Shown: positions 20,917 through 29,683 of the stretch, one piece after another | Numbering within the stretch: position 1 is the stretch's first letter | Layout of the letters: every line of letters begins with the position of its first letter | DNA from: a virus | Taxonomy: Duplodnaviria > Caudoviricetes | Virus record (IMG/VR): IMGVR_UViG_3300037601_000088 | Location: 32,001 to 96,000 of that record | DNA: 64,000 nt | Strand: one strand, 5' to 3' | Notes under the pieces: generated by a model | Told to the model about the DNA's origin: nothing | Database searches by the model: none | The model's input: the letters and a program-made list of their open reading frames with translations, nothing else | Position numbers and translations under genes: made by a program

Positions 20917-21453
20917 TTAGAAAAGATCCCTTAATTCTCTATCGATTTGTTTTAGATATTCATTTGATATAAGTTTGATATTTCTTTTAGCTTCATTTAG
21001 GCGAAATTCTTCTTCATGAATTGTTACCGCAGTCCAACCAGATTTTTCAATTTCATCAAGTGTATCATAAGTTTTGGGGGTCATTTTCCAGTTGCGTCTT
21101 GCTATATCAATTGAATTATTTCCGCCAATTCCTGTATATTCATAATGGTGTGTTGTTATTTTAGTATAAGGTATTGATTCATATTTGCTTTTTAAGTATG
21201 AGTAAAACTGATTTGTGTCCTTTAACCAGTCAGAATGAATGTCATAAATGTTATTGACAATACATACTAACCATTCATATTTGCTTTGACCGTAATAATC
21301 GTAAGCAATAGTATCTGGCATTTCGCCATCTTTTACTACGTAATCAAAAAAAATCTTATACTTAACAAGCAGGGAACGAATGATATCTGCTCTCGTTAAG
21401 ATATTTGTAGATAGTTTTTTATTGTATGTTATTTTAGGTAAAGCGTAAAGCAT
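20917..21453 (-). CDS. gp53: baseplate wedge subunit gp53
   Basis: YVVKDGEMPDTIAYDYYG..W...VNNI..DW and NEAKRNIKL motifs. Confidence 0.88.
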   Translation of the reverse strand: MLYALPKITYNKKLSTNILTRADIIRSLLVKYKIFFDYVVKDGEMPDTIAYDYYGQSKYEWLVCIVNNIYDIHSDWLKDTNQFYSYLKSKYESIPYTKITTHHYEYTGIGGNNSIDIARRNWKMTPKTYDTLDEIEKSGWTAVTIHEEEFRLNEAKRNIKLISNEYLKQIDRELRDLF

Positions 21454-21458
21454 ACAAA

Positions 21459-21466
21459 TATTTATG
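21459..21466 (-). promoter_or_regulatory. late promoter variant CATAAATA
   Basis: 5 nt before the gp53 ATG, same spacing as the exact boxes. Confidence 0.55.
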
Positions 21467-21514
21467 CTAAATTTTTATGAATTTAGAGTTATGCTAAGTA
21501 TGATTTAAATTTCA

Positions 21515-22192
21515 TTAAAATAAACCTTCCATGTTTTTGTATTCCCATGGATCAATTGTATAATCATTATTTCTAAAGTAATTATAAAGAGGATCAATAA
21601 GAACCGGTTCACGACCTCTCATCATAATATTTCCATAGTGTTGAAAATCCTTTAAGTTTCTATTCTTAACAAGAAACTTAGCTACATTAGCAGCTTCTTT
21701 ATTTTGTTCCGGTGGTTTAATAATCGTCATTTCATCATTTAATTCACCGTCTAAATACATTTCAGGGTCTATACACATATTAAAAAACTGAGTTGCGTAT
21801 GCTTTATGATCATAAGGAGTAAGTTTCTCTAATCTTACTGCAAACACATTATTATTAATTTTAATCACTTTACCTCTAATTTTAGGTAAATATTTATTTC
21901 CTCTATTATCTAAACAAAATTTAAGAAATCTTAAATATCCACCATCTGGGCCAAAAAGCTTAATCACATATTTTTTATTGGGGTGAGTAAAAACGGTTGA
22001 TTGTTTCCCTCCGCCTATATAACTAAACCCATATTTTTTGGCAACATCCAGAATATCAATTTTTGAAACAACATCATCATTTGACCAAGTGAAGTCTCTG
22101 GGGTTTCCTGGCCCTGGTTTATCATTGTGTGGTTTAAGACTATCCTTGAATTTTTTAATGAATTCAGGTTTAGACAAGTTTTCATTTATCAT
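21515..22192 (-). CDS. T7 gp0.7-like Ser/Thr protein kinase (paralog 1)
   Basis: IGGGKQSTVFTHP..YVIK, LPKI, D-FQHYG-NIM and LIDP motifs; ATG MINE at 22192. Confidence 0.75.
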   Translation of the reverse strand: MINENLSKPEFIKKFKDSLKPHNDKPGPGNPRDFTWSNDDVVSKIDILDVAKKYGFSYIGGGKQSTVFTHPNKKYVIKLFGPDGGYLRFLKFCLDNRGNKYLPKIRGKVIKINNNVFAVRLEKLTPYDHKAYATQFFNMCIDPEMYLDGELNDEMTIIKPPEQNKEAANVAKFLVKNRNLKDFQHYGNIMMRGREPVLIDPLYNYFRNNDYTIDPWEYKNMEGLF

Positions 22193-22234
22193 TAATAAGC
22201 TCTTCAAATATTATTTCTTTTTTATTTTTAAAAT

Positions 22235-22297
22235 TTAAACCAATAGCCAATTTTGAATATATGATTCTGTTAAAAATTCTTTAAAAGTAGTATACAT
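22235..22297 (-). pseudogene. 20-codon remnant MYTTFKEFLTESYIQNWLLV of a capsid-targeted gene
   Basis: TAATG coupling to the upstream stop; matches the N-terminus MSFKHFLTESNVQNWYL of 22946..23923. Confidence 0.6.
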
Positions 22298-22965
22298 TAA
22301 AAAATTCCTTTGATATCATCAAGGTTTTTAGGATCAATTTTTTTATCCTTAAAATATCCAAACAAAGGATCTGTTATAACAATATCTCCATTAGGCCTTT
22401 TCATAAAATTATATACTATTGGATCTAATTTTAGATTATTGTTCATAAAAAATTCTACAACATTTCTGATATCTATAAGGTTTTTATTAGACTTTGTATA
22501 TTTTATAAGATTTTGATATGATGCATCAAAATTTTTACCTTTTTCCATAATATCAAATAGCATTTGAGCAAGAGATTCTATTTTTACTTTGTCAGTAGTA
22601 GGCAAATCTCCATATGGAATTAGCTTTTCTAATCTGACAGCATACATATAATTATTAATTTTAATTACTTTACCTCTAATTTTAGGCATGTAAGGATTCT
22701 TTTTATTATCCATACAAAATTTTAGATATTTCATATATCCGTAATCGCGAACAAACAATTTAATCACGTAAGGATATTTTGGATTTCCAAAAACAGTAGA
22801 TCTATATCCAATTCCTATTTTTTTAAATCCATATTGGCTCGCGAGTTCAATAAAATCAACATCAGATTCATCTATAGAATTTCTATTATTTCCTTCTTTA
22901 TCGGGGTATGCGTTGTTTCTTATATAAGAAATAAAGGATGGTTTTCTAAGTGTTTCTAATAACAT
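22297..22965 (-). CDS. T7 gp0.7-like Ser/Thr protein kinase (paralog 2)
   Basis: IGIGYRSTVF..YVIK, MPKIRGKVIKINN, D-PIVY-NFM and ITDP motifs. Confidence 0.72.
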   Translation of the reverse strand: MLLETLRKPSFISYIRNNAYPDKEGNNRNSIDESDVDFIELASQYGFKKIGIGYRSTVFGNPKYPYVIKLFVRDYGYMKYLKFCMDNKKNPYMPKIRGKVIKINNYMYAVRLEKLIPYGDLPTTDKVKIESLAQMLFDIMEKGKNFDASYQNLIKYTKSNKNLIDIRNVVEFFMNNNLKLDPIVYNFMKRPNGDIVITDPLFGYFKDKKIDPKNLDDIKGIF

Positions 22966-23923
22966 AACCTTTTCCTTTAATAAAGTGATATCCCGCTTTA
23001 TTTAAAGCATGCCACGCCCCAAATTGTTTACCTGGAGCCATAATATCTGCAACCTGTAAATCATATATTCCAGGTTTAATTAATATTTCTTTTTCATGAG
23101 AGTATTTAGTTTTTAATTCGGAAAAATCAAAAAGAATATCCTTTGAATTGAAATCTGCTTTGAATAAAATATTTGTATTCATTTTTTGATAAAAATTCCT
23201 AGAACTTCTTGCATCGGTTGACCAAGAAGTAGGATTTTTCAAATTAATTCTAATTATGTCATTCTTAAATAATCTGTTGTTAATTTTGCTTTTTTCAAAA
23301 AAATCTTCAAAATCGTAATGGCTGAGCTTAATTAAACGATATAATCTTACTTTTCTTTCAGGATATTGATAATTTCTTCTTAACCATTCAATTGTAGAAA
23401 TATCAAGAGAAGAGTTATGGTTTGCATAATCCAATAAGTCCATTTTTATTTTATTCGGCATATTGCCCATTGGTTCAGTTAAATGTGTTGTATTATCTAC
23501 AACCAGTTCGAAGTCATCATAATAATCATGTAAAATATGCTTTGATGTAAAAAGTGTATTTTTATTTCCATATTTTTCTAAGATACCAATGTAACCCATA
23601 CTTCTAATTTTTTCAGCAAAGTTAACATCAGATATTAATAAAGGTAAACTTGCCCATGTACCACTTCCAGGTGGTCTTAAATCGTTAAGTAATCTTTCGT
23701 GATCTTTTCTTTTAAGGTCAAAAATCTTTGCTCTTGTTTTCAGCTTATAAACATAATTAAATATGTCTGAATCTTGACTGGGTTTATTACGAAGTAAGGT
23801 TGGATTCTTAGAAAATAATTTATAAACATTTTTATTTCCACGAAGTGATTCTTCAAGTGTTTCATGAAGAGGTAAATACCAGTTCTGAACATTTGATTCA
23901 GTTAAAAAGTGTTTAAAACTCAT
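22946..23923 (-). CDS. putative internal head protein with C-terminal R-S-E ADP-ribosyltransferase domain
   Basis: N-terminus MSFKHFLTE; LYR / TSWST / EKE motifs. Confidence 0.65.
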   Translation of the reverse strand: MSFKHFLTESNVQNWYLPLHETLEESLRGNKNVYKLFSKNPTLLRNKPSQDSDIFNYVYKLKTRAKIFDLKRKDHERLLNDLRPPGSGTWASLPLLISDVNFAEKIRSMGYIGILEKYGNKNTLFTSKHILHDYYDDFELVVDNTTHLTEPMGNMPNKIKMDLLDYANHNSSLDISTIEWLRRNYQYPERKVRLYRLIKLSHYDFEDFFEKSKINNRLFKNDIIRINLKNPTSWSTDARSSRNFYQKMNTNILFKADFNSKDILFDFSELKTKYSHEKEILIKPGIYDLQVADIMAPGKQFGAWHALNKAGYHFIKGKGYVIRNT

Positions 23924-24495
23924 TTATTAACAAATCCTTTAGTTTTCATGTCATATAATAAAGGATGATTTAATATTCTAGAAATATTTTTAGTTTTATT
24001 TATTTGTTTTTGATTAATTGATAAAAATCTTTCATAATCATCAATAATAACTTTAGTTAAATACTTACTAAAATTTCTTAAAATTCGAATAACTCTTTTT
24101 TTATTATCAAACATCATTACAGGAGTTTTTCTTCCTATAACTCTTTCCTCTGACTGGTTTATAAACTCTTCATAATCGCCAGAAATCCTACTTTTGTCAT
24201 CAAACCAGTTAAAAGGGACAATCTTGTAATCATTTGTTAATTTTTGTTGATCAGCTTCAAATACAACTCTATAATATCCGAATGTAGTAAATTCATCATG
24301 ACCCATATAGTCTTTGGCAAAAGTTTTTGTATATTTGTATGATCTGGTGAATGATACACCCTGAGGATAACCTTGCCATGAATCATCTGCAATATGAAGA
24401 AAGTTTTTTTCTAGAATAGTTATAGCGTTTTCTATAGTTGTAGAATGATAGAAAGGGGCAGACCTTGATTCAGTTAAGAATTGTTTAAAACTCAT
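23920..24495 (-). CDS. putative internal head protein, ADP-ribosyltransferase-like (paralog D)
   Basis: N-terminus MSFKQFLTE; FYHST / VSFTRS / QSEE motifs; C-terminus nearly identical to paralog A. Confidence 0.6.
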   Translation of the reverse strand: MSFKQFLTESRSAPFYHSTTIENAITILEKNFLHIADDSWQGYPQGVSFTRSYKYTKTFAKDYMGHDEFTTFGYYRVVFEADQQKLTNDYKIVPFNWFDDKSRISGDYEEFINQSEERVIGRKTPVMMFDNKKRVIRILRNFSKYLTKVIIDDYERFLSINQKQINKTKNISRILNHPLLYDMKTKGFVNK

Positions 24496-25850
24496 GATAT
24501 GAATATATCCCTGCCTCTATTATGGTTGTACAGAGATGCTTTATCGATTGGTGTATCATATGAATCTTTTTGTATTCTAAGTGATGTTGCAAATGATCCA
24601 TCCTGAGTTAATGTATCTCTTTTTTCTGTAACTATAAAAAATCCTGAAATTAAATCATCTTCTTCATTAAGATTAAAACCGTGAATTTTTGGAATATCTA
24701 AATGAAAAAGTTCACCTATATTTATTTTTGGATCCCCTGGAATTGTAACAGTTAAATCAATTTGAGATAATGCTGTATGGGCGATTAAGTCTCTTCCCCA
24801 CCTTTCTCTGAAAGTGTCGACAGGGCTATTAATATCATTTTCTCTGAAATTATTAATTACATACTTAACCCTGTTCGCTGGTTCTTCGCCTTCATCGATA
24901 GGAGTTATATTTTTGTAATTTTGAGTATTAAGTGTGTTTTGCTCTATGTAAGGAACATCCTCTGGCCTTCTTTCAGTTACGAAATAAGCTTTTTGGGCCG
25001 GATTAATTTCAAAGTATTTATTTTGAATATAACCAAGATCTATTTTATTGAGTGTAGAAAGGCGCCGATTAAAAACTAAGTTTGTTACAAGTCGGCTGTC
25101 ATTATTATATTGTTCACTATCGAGTTCGTCCGAAACATATCTATAGCTATTTCTCAGGGCATTTCTTCTGTTCGCGCCTGATCTTGTTTCAGCAAAAATA
25201 TCCTGAAGTGTTTTGTAATGGTATGCTTCTTTGTTCTGATAAAACATATATGAAAAAGCTTGATCAGATTTAGGTGCAGCATATTTGCTAATCATATTGA
25301 TTGCGGCAAAGGGTTTTACATTAGGAACGACAAAAAGAAATGGGTCTTCCTCTGATGCTGTTGCTATAATCGGTTTAGGATTGAATGTTGATACAAGTCT
25401 GGATAATGGTCGCTCAATAAAATCATCGAATATTCCACGAACCATATCAACTGATGTTCCCTGATATGATTTCTGCACATTCCTTCTGGCATTTGCCCAG
25501 GCTTCAAGAGACACACATCTAAGAATATAGGTAACCATCCTGTTATCATCGGATGCTGATATATCTTCAACAGATTCGACAACCATAATTTCATCGCGAA
25601 CATCATCTTGTGCTGTTGTATAAGAAATTTTTACAATTTCTTCACCAGATAAAGGAAAGTTGGTAAAAAGACCAATTGCATCTGCGACAACAATTTCAGA
25701 CCGAATAACGGGCGAAAAAAGTGATTCAAAAACGTTAAGCTCAATTACTTGAGATATAATGTTTACAAAATTAAATGAAGATAAAGATCCTATACCAAAT
25801 TTATATAGAACAACTTCATCTATTGTCGCTTCGAAAGATGACGTTGCCAT
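24492..25850 (-). CDS. baseplate hub protein (gp27/GpD-like)
   Basis: FESLFSP..D..GL..FPLSGEE, FYQN..YHYKTL and IPGD..GE..SGFFIVT motifs. Confidence 0.7.
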   Translation of the reverse strand: MATSSFEATIDEVVLYKFGIGSLSSFNFVNIISQVIELNVFESLFSPVIRSEIVVADAIGLFTNFPLSGEEIVKISYTTAQDDVRDEIMVVESVEDISASDDNRMVTYILRCVSLEAWANARRNVQKSYQGTSVDMVRGIFDDFIERPLSRLVSTFNPKPIIATASEEDPFLFVVPNVKPFAAINMISKYAAPKSDQAFSYMFYQNKEAYHYKTLQDIFAETRSGANRRNALRNSYRYVSDELDSEQYNNDSRLVTNLVFNRRLSTLNKIDLGYIQNKYFEINPAQKAYFVTERRPEDVPYIEQNTLNTQNYKNITPIDEGEEPANRVKYVINNFRENDINSPVDTFRERWGRDLIAHTALSQIDLTVTIPGDPKINIGELFHLDIPKIHGFNLNEEDDLISGFFIVTEKRDTLTQDGSFATSLRIQKDSYDTPIDKASLYNHNRGRDIFIS

Positions 25851-26335
25851 TCAAGTCTTTTCTTTTTATTTTTCTTGAATAATAAAGTACTATGATCTGT
25901 TTTTTTGGCTATATTACCAGATCCAATGGTATTTGTTGGGCCATCAGATTCTAAAAGTTGCTCATATATTTTGTAGAATTTGTCTTCATCAATAACAGGA
26001 TAAAACTCTTCTTCTTTTAAAAGTTTTCCTTTGTATTTTTCATGTTCTTTTAAAAGATAAATAGCCGCAGCAAACGAAGCTATCGTTGTAGCACCCGCTG
26101 AAAATCTGCTTAAAAGTTTTTTCATATTAAGAATCATTAAATCAAAAAGAGAAAAATCATTCTTTTCTCTTGAAGAAAGAGTTTTTCTGGGTCTTAATAT
26201 TTTGCCTTTTTCATCAATTATTCCTGCTTTATAAGCATCCCACGATTTAAAAGGAGAAGTGAGTCTTCTTAAGAATGAATAAAGAAGGTATACATTTGCA
26301 CCAGATTTTACAATTGATTCGTTTAATTTTTCCAT
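25820..26335 (-). CDS. conserved T4-like hypothetical (putative head-associated) protein
   Basis: FLRRLTSPFKSWDAYKAGIIDEKG and SFAAAIYLLKE motifs. Confidence 0.65.
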   Translation of the reverse strand: MEKLNESIVKSGANVYLLYSFLRRLTSPFKSWDAYKAGIIDEKGKILRPRKTLSSREKNDFSLFDLMILNMKKLLSRFSAGATTIASFAAAIYLLKEHEKYKGKLLKEEEFYPVIDEDKFYKIYEQLLESDGPTNTIGSGNIAKKTDHSTLLFKKNKKKRLEWQRHLSKRQ

Positions 26336-26344
26336 TAAATATAT

Positions 26345-27439
26345 TTATTCAAACACTTTAAAAACATCAGAAAGTTCTTCTGTTGCTGTTCTAATATTAT
26401 ATTTTTCAGGATTTTTATTATATTCTTTTACAAATTCGTTATTAAAGCGTTTATAAACGCGACTGAATAAATCAGCTATGTGTTTTGTTTCTTTAACTTT
26501 AATCCCAAATAATTTATCTAGAAATGACATTTTAAAACCGTAAAAGGCTACTATACAATACTTACCCTTTAATATAGAAGTGGTTTTGTTGAATCTATTT
26601 AACATAAGCTGTTTTGTTTCTCTTGATACGTAATGCTCTTTTGCATCTAATAATTCATATAAAATAAGTGATTTATTAACATCAACAATAATTTCGCATC
26701 TTCCATCTGGATAAAGAAAATCTTTCTCTGGATTTCTTCTAAATCCGTCATGTTTTAATATATTAACATCTACGTTAAAGCTTTCTTTAATTATATTCTC
26801 GGATTGTTTTCGAATAAGTTCAATAGTTTCTGGAAGTAAATCGTCATATTTTTGTTTAATAATATAAATTAAATACTTTTCGTCAACTTTCTTTTTTCTA
26901 TATAAAGCATCTAGAACTTCATTATTTACATCAAGCCTATTTGTAATATGTTTATATTTTTTTTCTTTAATTACATCTAATATTTTATATTTGCCTGGTC
27001 CAAGTAATAATTCACTATGACCTATTTTTGTTAAATCAAGGGCTTGATTTTTTTTAATCTGTAATTTAAGAATTATTCCAATAAAACCAAGTATTCTTTC
27101 GTTTTCTTTACGACTTTGACCATATAAATTTGCAACAAAAGGATTTAAATTATAAACCATTGGTGATTTTGCATATGTTCTGGCATCATCGAGACCGAAA
27201 GCAGCGCTGTCTACTTCTTTTACTTCGTAATAACCGTCACGAATCGATCTCATAAAATTTAAATATTGTTTTGGTGACTTAAAATTTAAACCCCTATATA
27301 CAGTAGTAGAGGATGAACCATAGTCATCAATGTAATCATTAAATTTGTTAGCAATCCTAGATTTATACATATCAAAATCATCACTTCTTACATAATCTTG
27401 AAGATCAAAATTTTCTGCTATAAATTTTTTAAAATTCAT
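26345..27439 (-). CDS. putative internal head protein, degenerate R-S-E ADP-ribosyltransferase-like
   Basis: Start MNFKKFIAE (TAATG coupling); VYRGL / DSAA / HSELLLGPG motifs. Confidence 0.55.
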   Translation of the reverse strand: MNFKKFIAENFDLQDYVRSDDFDMYKSRIANKFNDYIDDYGSSSTTVYRGLNFKSPKQYLNFMRSIRDGYYEVKEVDSAAFGLDDARTYAKSPMVYNLNPFVANLYGQSRKENERILGFIGIILKLQIKKNQALDLTKIGHSELLLGPGKYKILDVIKEKKYKHITNRLDVNNEVLDALYRKKKVDEKYLIYIIKQKYDDLLPETIELIRKQSENIIKESFNVDVNILKHDGFRRNPEKDFLYPDGRCEIIVDVNKSLILYELLDAKEHYVSRETKQLMLNRFNKTTSILKGKYCIVAFYGFKMSFLDKLFGIKVKETKHIADLFSRVYKRFNNEFVKEYNKNPEKYNIRTATEELSDVFKVFE

Positions 27440-27813
27440 TATATAGCCTGTAATTCTTTCCATATATGAATATCTATTGGTATTAATGATGTATCATTAA
27501 TCGGTGGATCAATATATCTGATAGATTTAGGGAGTTTTTTTAAATAAAGTAGAAATGTTTTAAGAAGTATAGTATGTTCTGGCATTTTATAGAACATCAT
27601 ATCAATAGATCTTTTACCAAATACATTATGAAGAATAATCATATGATTAACTATATGATTAATTTTAAGCTTATCTTTACATACGTATTGGTTTAAAAGT
27701 CTTTTTAAATAAGAAAATCTTTTAAGATCATCAGAAAATTCATTTATATCTAATGTGATATTGTCATAATGTTTAGCAGCAAATAAATTGAAATTCTCTT
27801 CATTAATTATCAT
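27439..27813 (-). CDS. conserved T4-like hypothetical protein
   Basis: AAKHYDN..EF.DDLKRFSYLKRL..NHMIILHNVFG motif. Confidence 0.7.
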   Translation of the reverse strand: MIINEENFNLFAAKHYDNITLDINEFSDDLKRFSYLKRLLNQYVCKDKLKINHIVNHMIILHNVFGKRSIDMMFYKMPEHTILLKTFLLYLKKLPKSIRYIDPPINDTSLIPIDIHIWKELQAI

Positions 27814-27827
27814 GAAAAATATATATT

Positions 27828-28300
27828 TTATTCTGTTTCAAATGGGAATTCATATTGAGAGTGTAAATCCCAGAAATTGTGGCATGAATGGGTCCAGCTC
27901 ACAACATTATTAACCGGTATATTATTTGATCCAATATCTAGAAACATATAAGACTGTGCTTGGCCTGTTGGTCTGTTTATTAAATTATCTTCATTAATGC
28001 CTTCTAGAGTTATTTCAGAGGAAACATCAATAATAAAAATTCTTCCATTCTCACCACGAATTGACCACGTAAATGTATCAATTACACAATCTCTGGTTTT
28101 CTCAAAAGAAAATGAATAGATATATTTGCCCTGATTATCTATTCCTAAGTAATTAAATTCTACATCTTTGACAACTGGGAAAAATGTTTCTTCTATGTTT
28201 TTTAATGAAATAAGAGTAATAAAAAAGCTAAAGATAAACCTATTGCAACCAATAATGATAGTGCAAAGCCTTCAGCAGCAGGTTTAATTTTATTCTCCAT
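27828..28300 (-). CDS. frameshifted membrane-anchored protein (157 aa if joined; -1 shift at T TTT TTA, 28226-28220)
   Basis: 32-codon hydrophobic ORF 28300-28202 plus a 130-codon open -1 frame with no start codon near its 5' end; absent from the ORF track. Confidence 0.6.
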
Positions 28301-28571
28301 TTCGTGACGTTCTTACTTCTAGAGAATTGAGTGCAATTGTCAAATCAACAATTCTATCTGACAATACTTGGAAATTTTGATTTAATTGTTGAATTTCTTG
28401 AGACATTTCGGCTCTTTCTATTTCTAGGTTTTCAAGTCTAAAATTATAATTATTAATATAATTTACGCCATTAACAAAAGCAGCGCCAAGTGCAATTAAC
28501 CCCAAAACAAATGAAACAGTTTTAGAATTTAATACAATTTGACTGCTTCCTGTATTATTGGGAGTTGCCAT
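28290..28571 (-). CDS. single-TM coiled-coil protein (possible lysis/holin-like)
   Basis: N-terminal hydrophobic helix followed by a coiled coil. Confidence 0.5.
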   Translation of the reverse strand: MATPNNTGSSQIVLNSKTVSFVLGLIALGAAFVNGVNYINNYNFRLENLEIERAEMSQEIQQLNQNFQVLSDRIVDLTIALNSLEVRTSRNGE

Positions 28572-28585
28572 TATTTGCCCTTAAA

Positions 28586-28906
28586 TTAAGAATCAGCTAA
28601 AATTAAATCGTCTGCTGTACCAGTTGTATTTGCCACATCGTCGGTTGATGTATTTGCGAAATCTGTTGCGTCAGTTTCAATAGTGGCAACTGAAAGAGTT
28701 TCATAAAGTACACGGCCACTTCTTCCACCTGTACCTACTTCTCTTCTTACCCAACCTTTATGAGCAATACCATCAGCAACGCCAGTTTCAGCTGCGTCTG
28801 CACCAAAAACAGTGTTACCAAACTGGTCTGTTCCGGTTTCGCTTTTGGTATTAAATTTGTAAGTAGGAGCATCAGATTTCTGATCTCTATTACCCTGAAT
28901 GGACAT
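28586..28906 (-). CDS. conserved virion structural protein
   Basis: GIAHKGWV..GTGGRSGRVLYETL motif. Confidence 0.6.
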   Translation of the reverse strand: MSIQGNRDQKSDAPTYKFNTKSETGTDQFGNTVFGADAAETGVADGIAHKGWVRREVGTGGRSGRVLYETLSVATIETDATDFANTSTDDVANTTGTADDLILADS

Positions 28907-29308
28907 TTAATTAATTTCCTTTATTATTGAGTCATTTAGTATATTTAATGTTTCGAATAACTGTGATCCAGAAAGTTCAACACTATTACTGAGTCTTTCC
29001 CTATCTTGTTTTCTTTTTTGCGGTATTAATTTTCGAGTAGCACGATTAACTATATTTTTTCTCTTTTTTACCAATCGTTCTATTCTTGTTTTTTCTGAGG
29101 CAGAGGCTTTATTTAAGTTTTTGCCTCGTGCAATTATTTTCTTGACATTTTTAATTGCTTGTCTGCGAGCTCTTTGCTTAATTTTATCAGTATTAGCTCT
29201 TTTACGTGAAGCTCTTTTACGGCCAAGTTTTATCTTGGCTTTATTCTTGCGAAAGACTTGTTTCTTTTTAATTCTTTGGGCGAGGGTTAGTTCTAATAAG
29301 TTTGTCAT
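28907..29308 (-). CDS. highly basic putative prohead core/DNA-binding protein
   Basis: K/R-rich with LLE N-terminus; late promoter upstream. Confidence 0.55.
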   Translation of the reverse strand: MTNLLELTLAQRIKKKQVFRKNKAKIKLGRKRASRKRANTDKIKQRARRQAIKNVKKIIARGKNLNKASASEKTRIERLVKKRKNIVNRATRKLIPQKRKQDRERLSNSVELSGSQLFETLNILNDSIIKEIN

Positions 29309-29313
29309 ATTGA

Positions 29314-29321
29314 TATTTATA
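29314..29321 (-). promoter_or_regulatory. late promoter TATAAATA
   Basis: Exact box, 5 nt before ATG 29308. Confidence 0.7.
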
Positions 29322-29350
29322 GAAAGAAATAAATGAATTTTTATTTGTTT

Positions 29351-29364
29351 TATAAATATTTATA
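29351..29364. promoter_or_regulatory. palindromic bidirectional late promoter TATAAATATTTATA
   Basis: Perfect 14-bp palindrome with TATAAATA on both strands at a divergence point. Confidence 0.7.
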
Positions 29365-29678
29365 TGCATACTCCAACAGTACTTAAAGATCCAAATAGAG
29401 ACGAAAAAGATCAGGGAAAATTAGTTACCTGGCGCAACAGAAAACGGATGGCGTGGCTAAGTTTTTATGCTATTCTTCTTTATACCATAATTTTATGGTT
29501 CGTTTTACCTGTCTATTATAATTATGCTTCAGTCGATCAACAGATATGGGTTCAACAAGTAGCTGACTCCACTGGCTGGCTTTATTCTGTTTTTGGTGGT
29601 GTTATTCTTGGCTATATGGGAACAACTGCATGGGCTGTTAGAGGTAAAGACATTCAGGTTGACGAAAGAGATTATTAA
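29364..29678 (+). CDS. two-TM membrane protein (holin-like)
   Basis: RKRMAW followed by two hydrophobic helices, ending GYMG. Confidence 0.65.
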   Translation: MHTPTVLKDPNRDEKDQGKLVTWRNRKRMAWLSFYAILLYTIILWFVLPVYYNYASVDQQIWVQQVADSTGWLYSVFGGVILGYMGTTAWAVRGKDIQVDERDY

Positions 29679-29683
29679 TTTAA

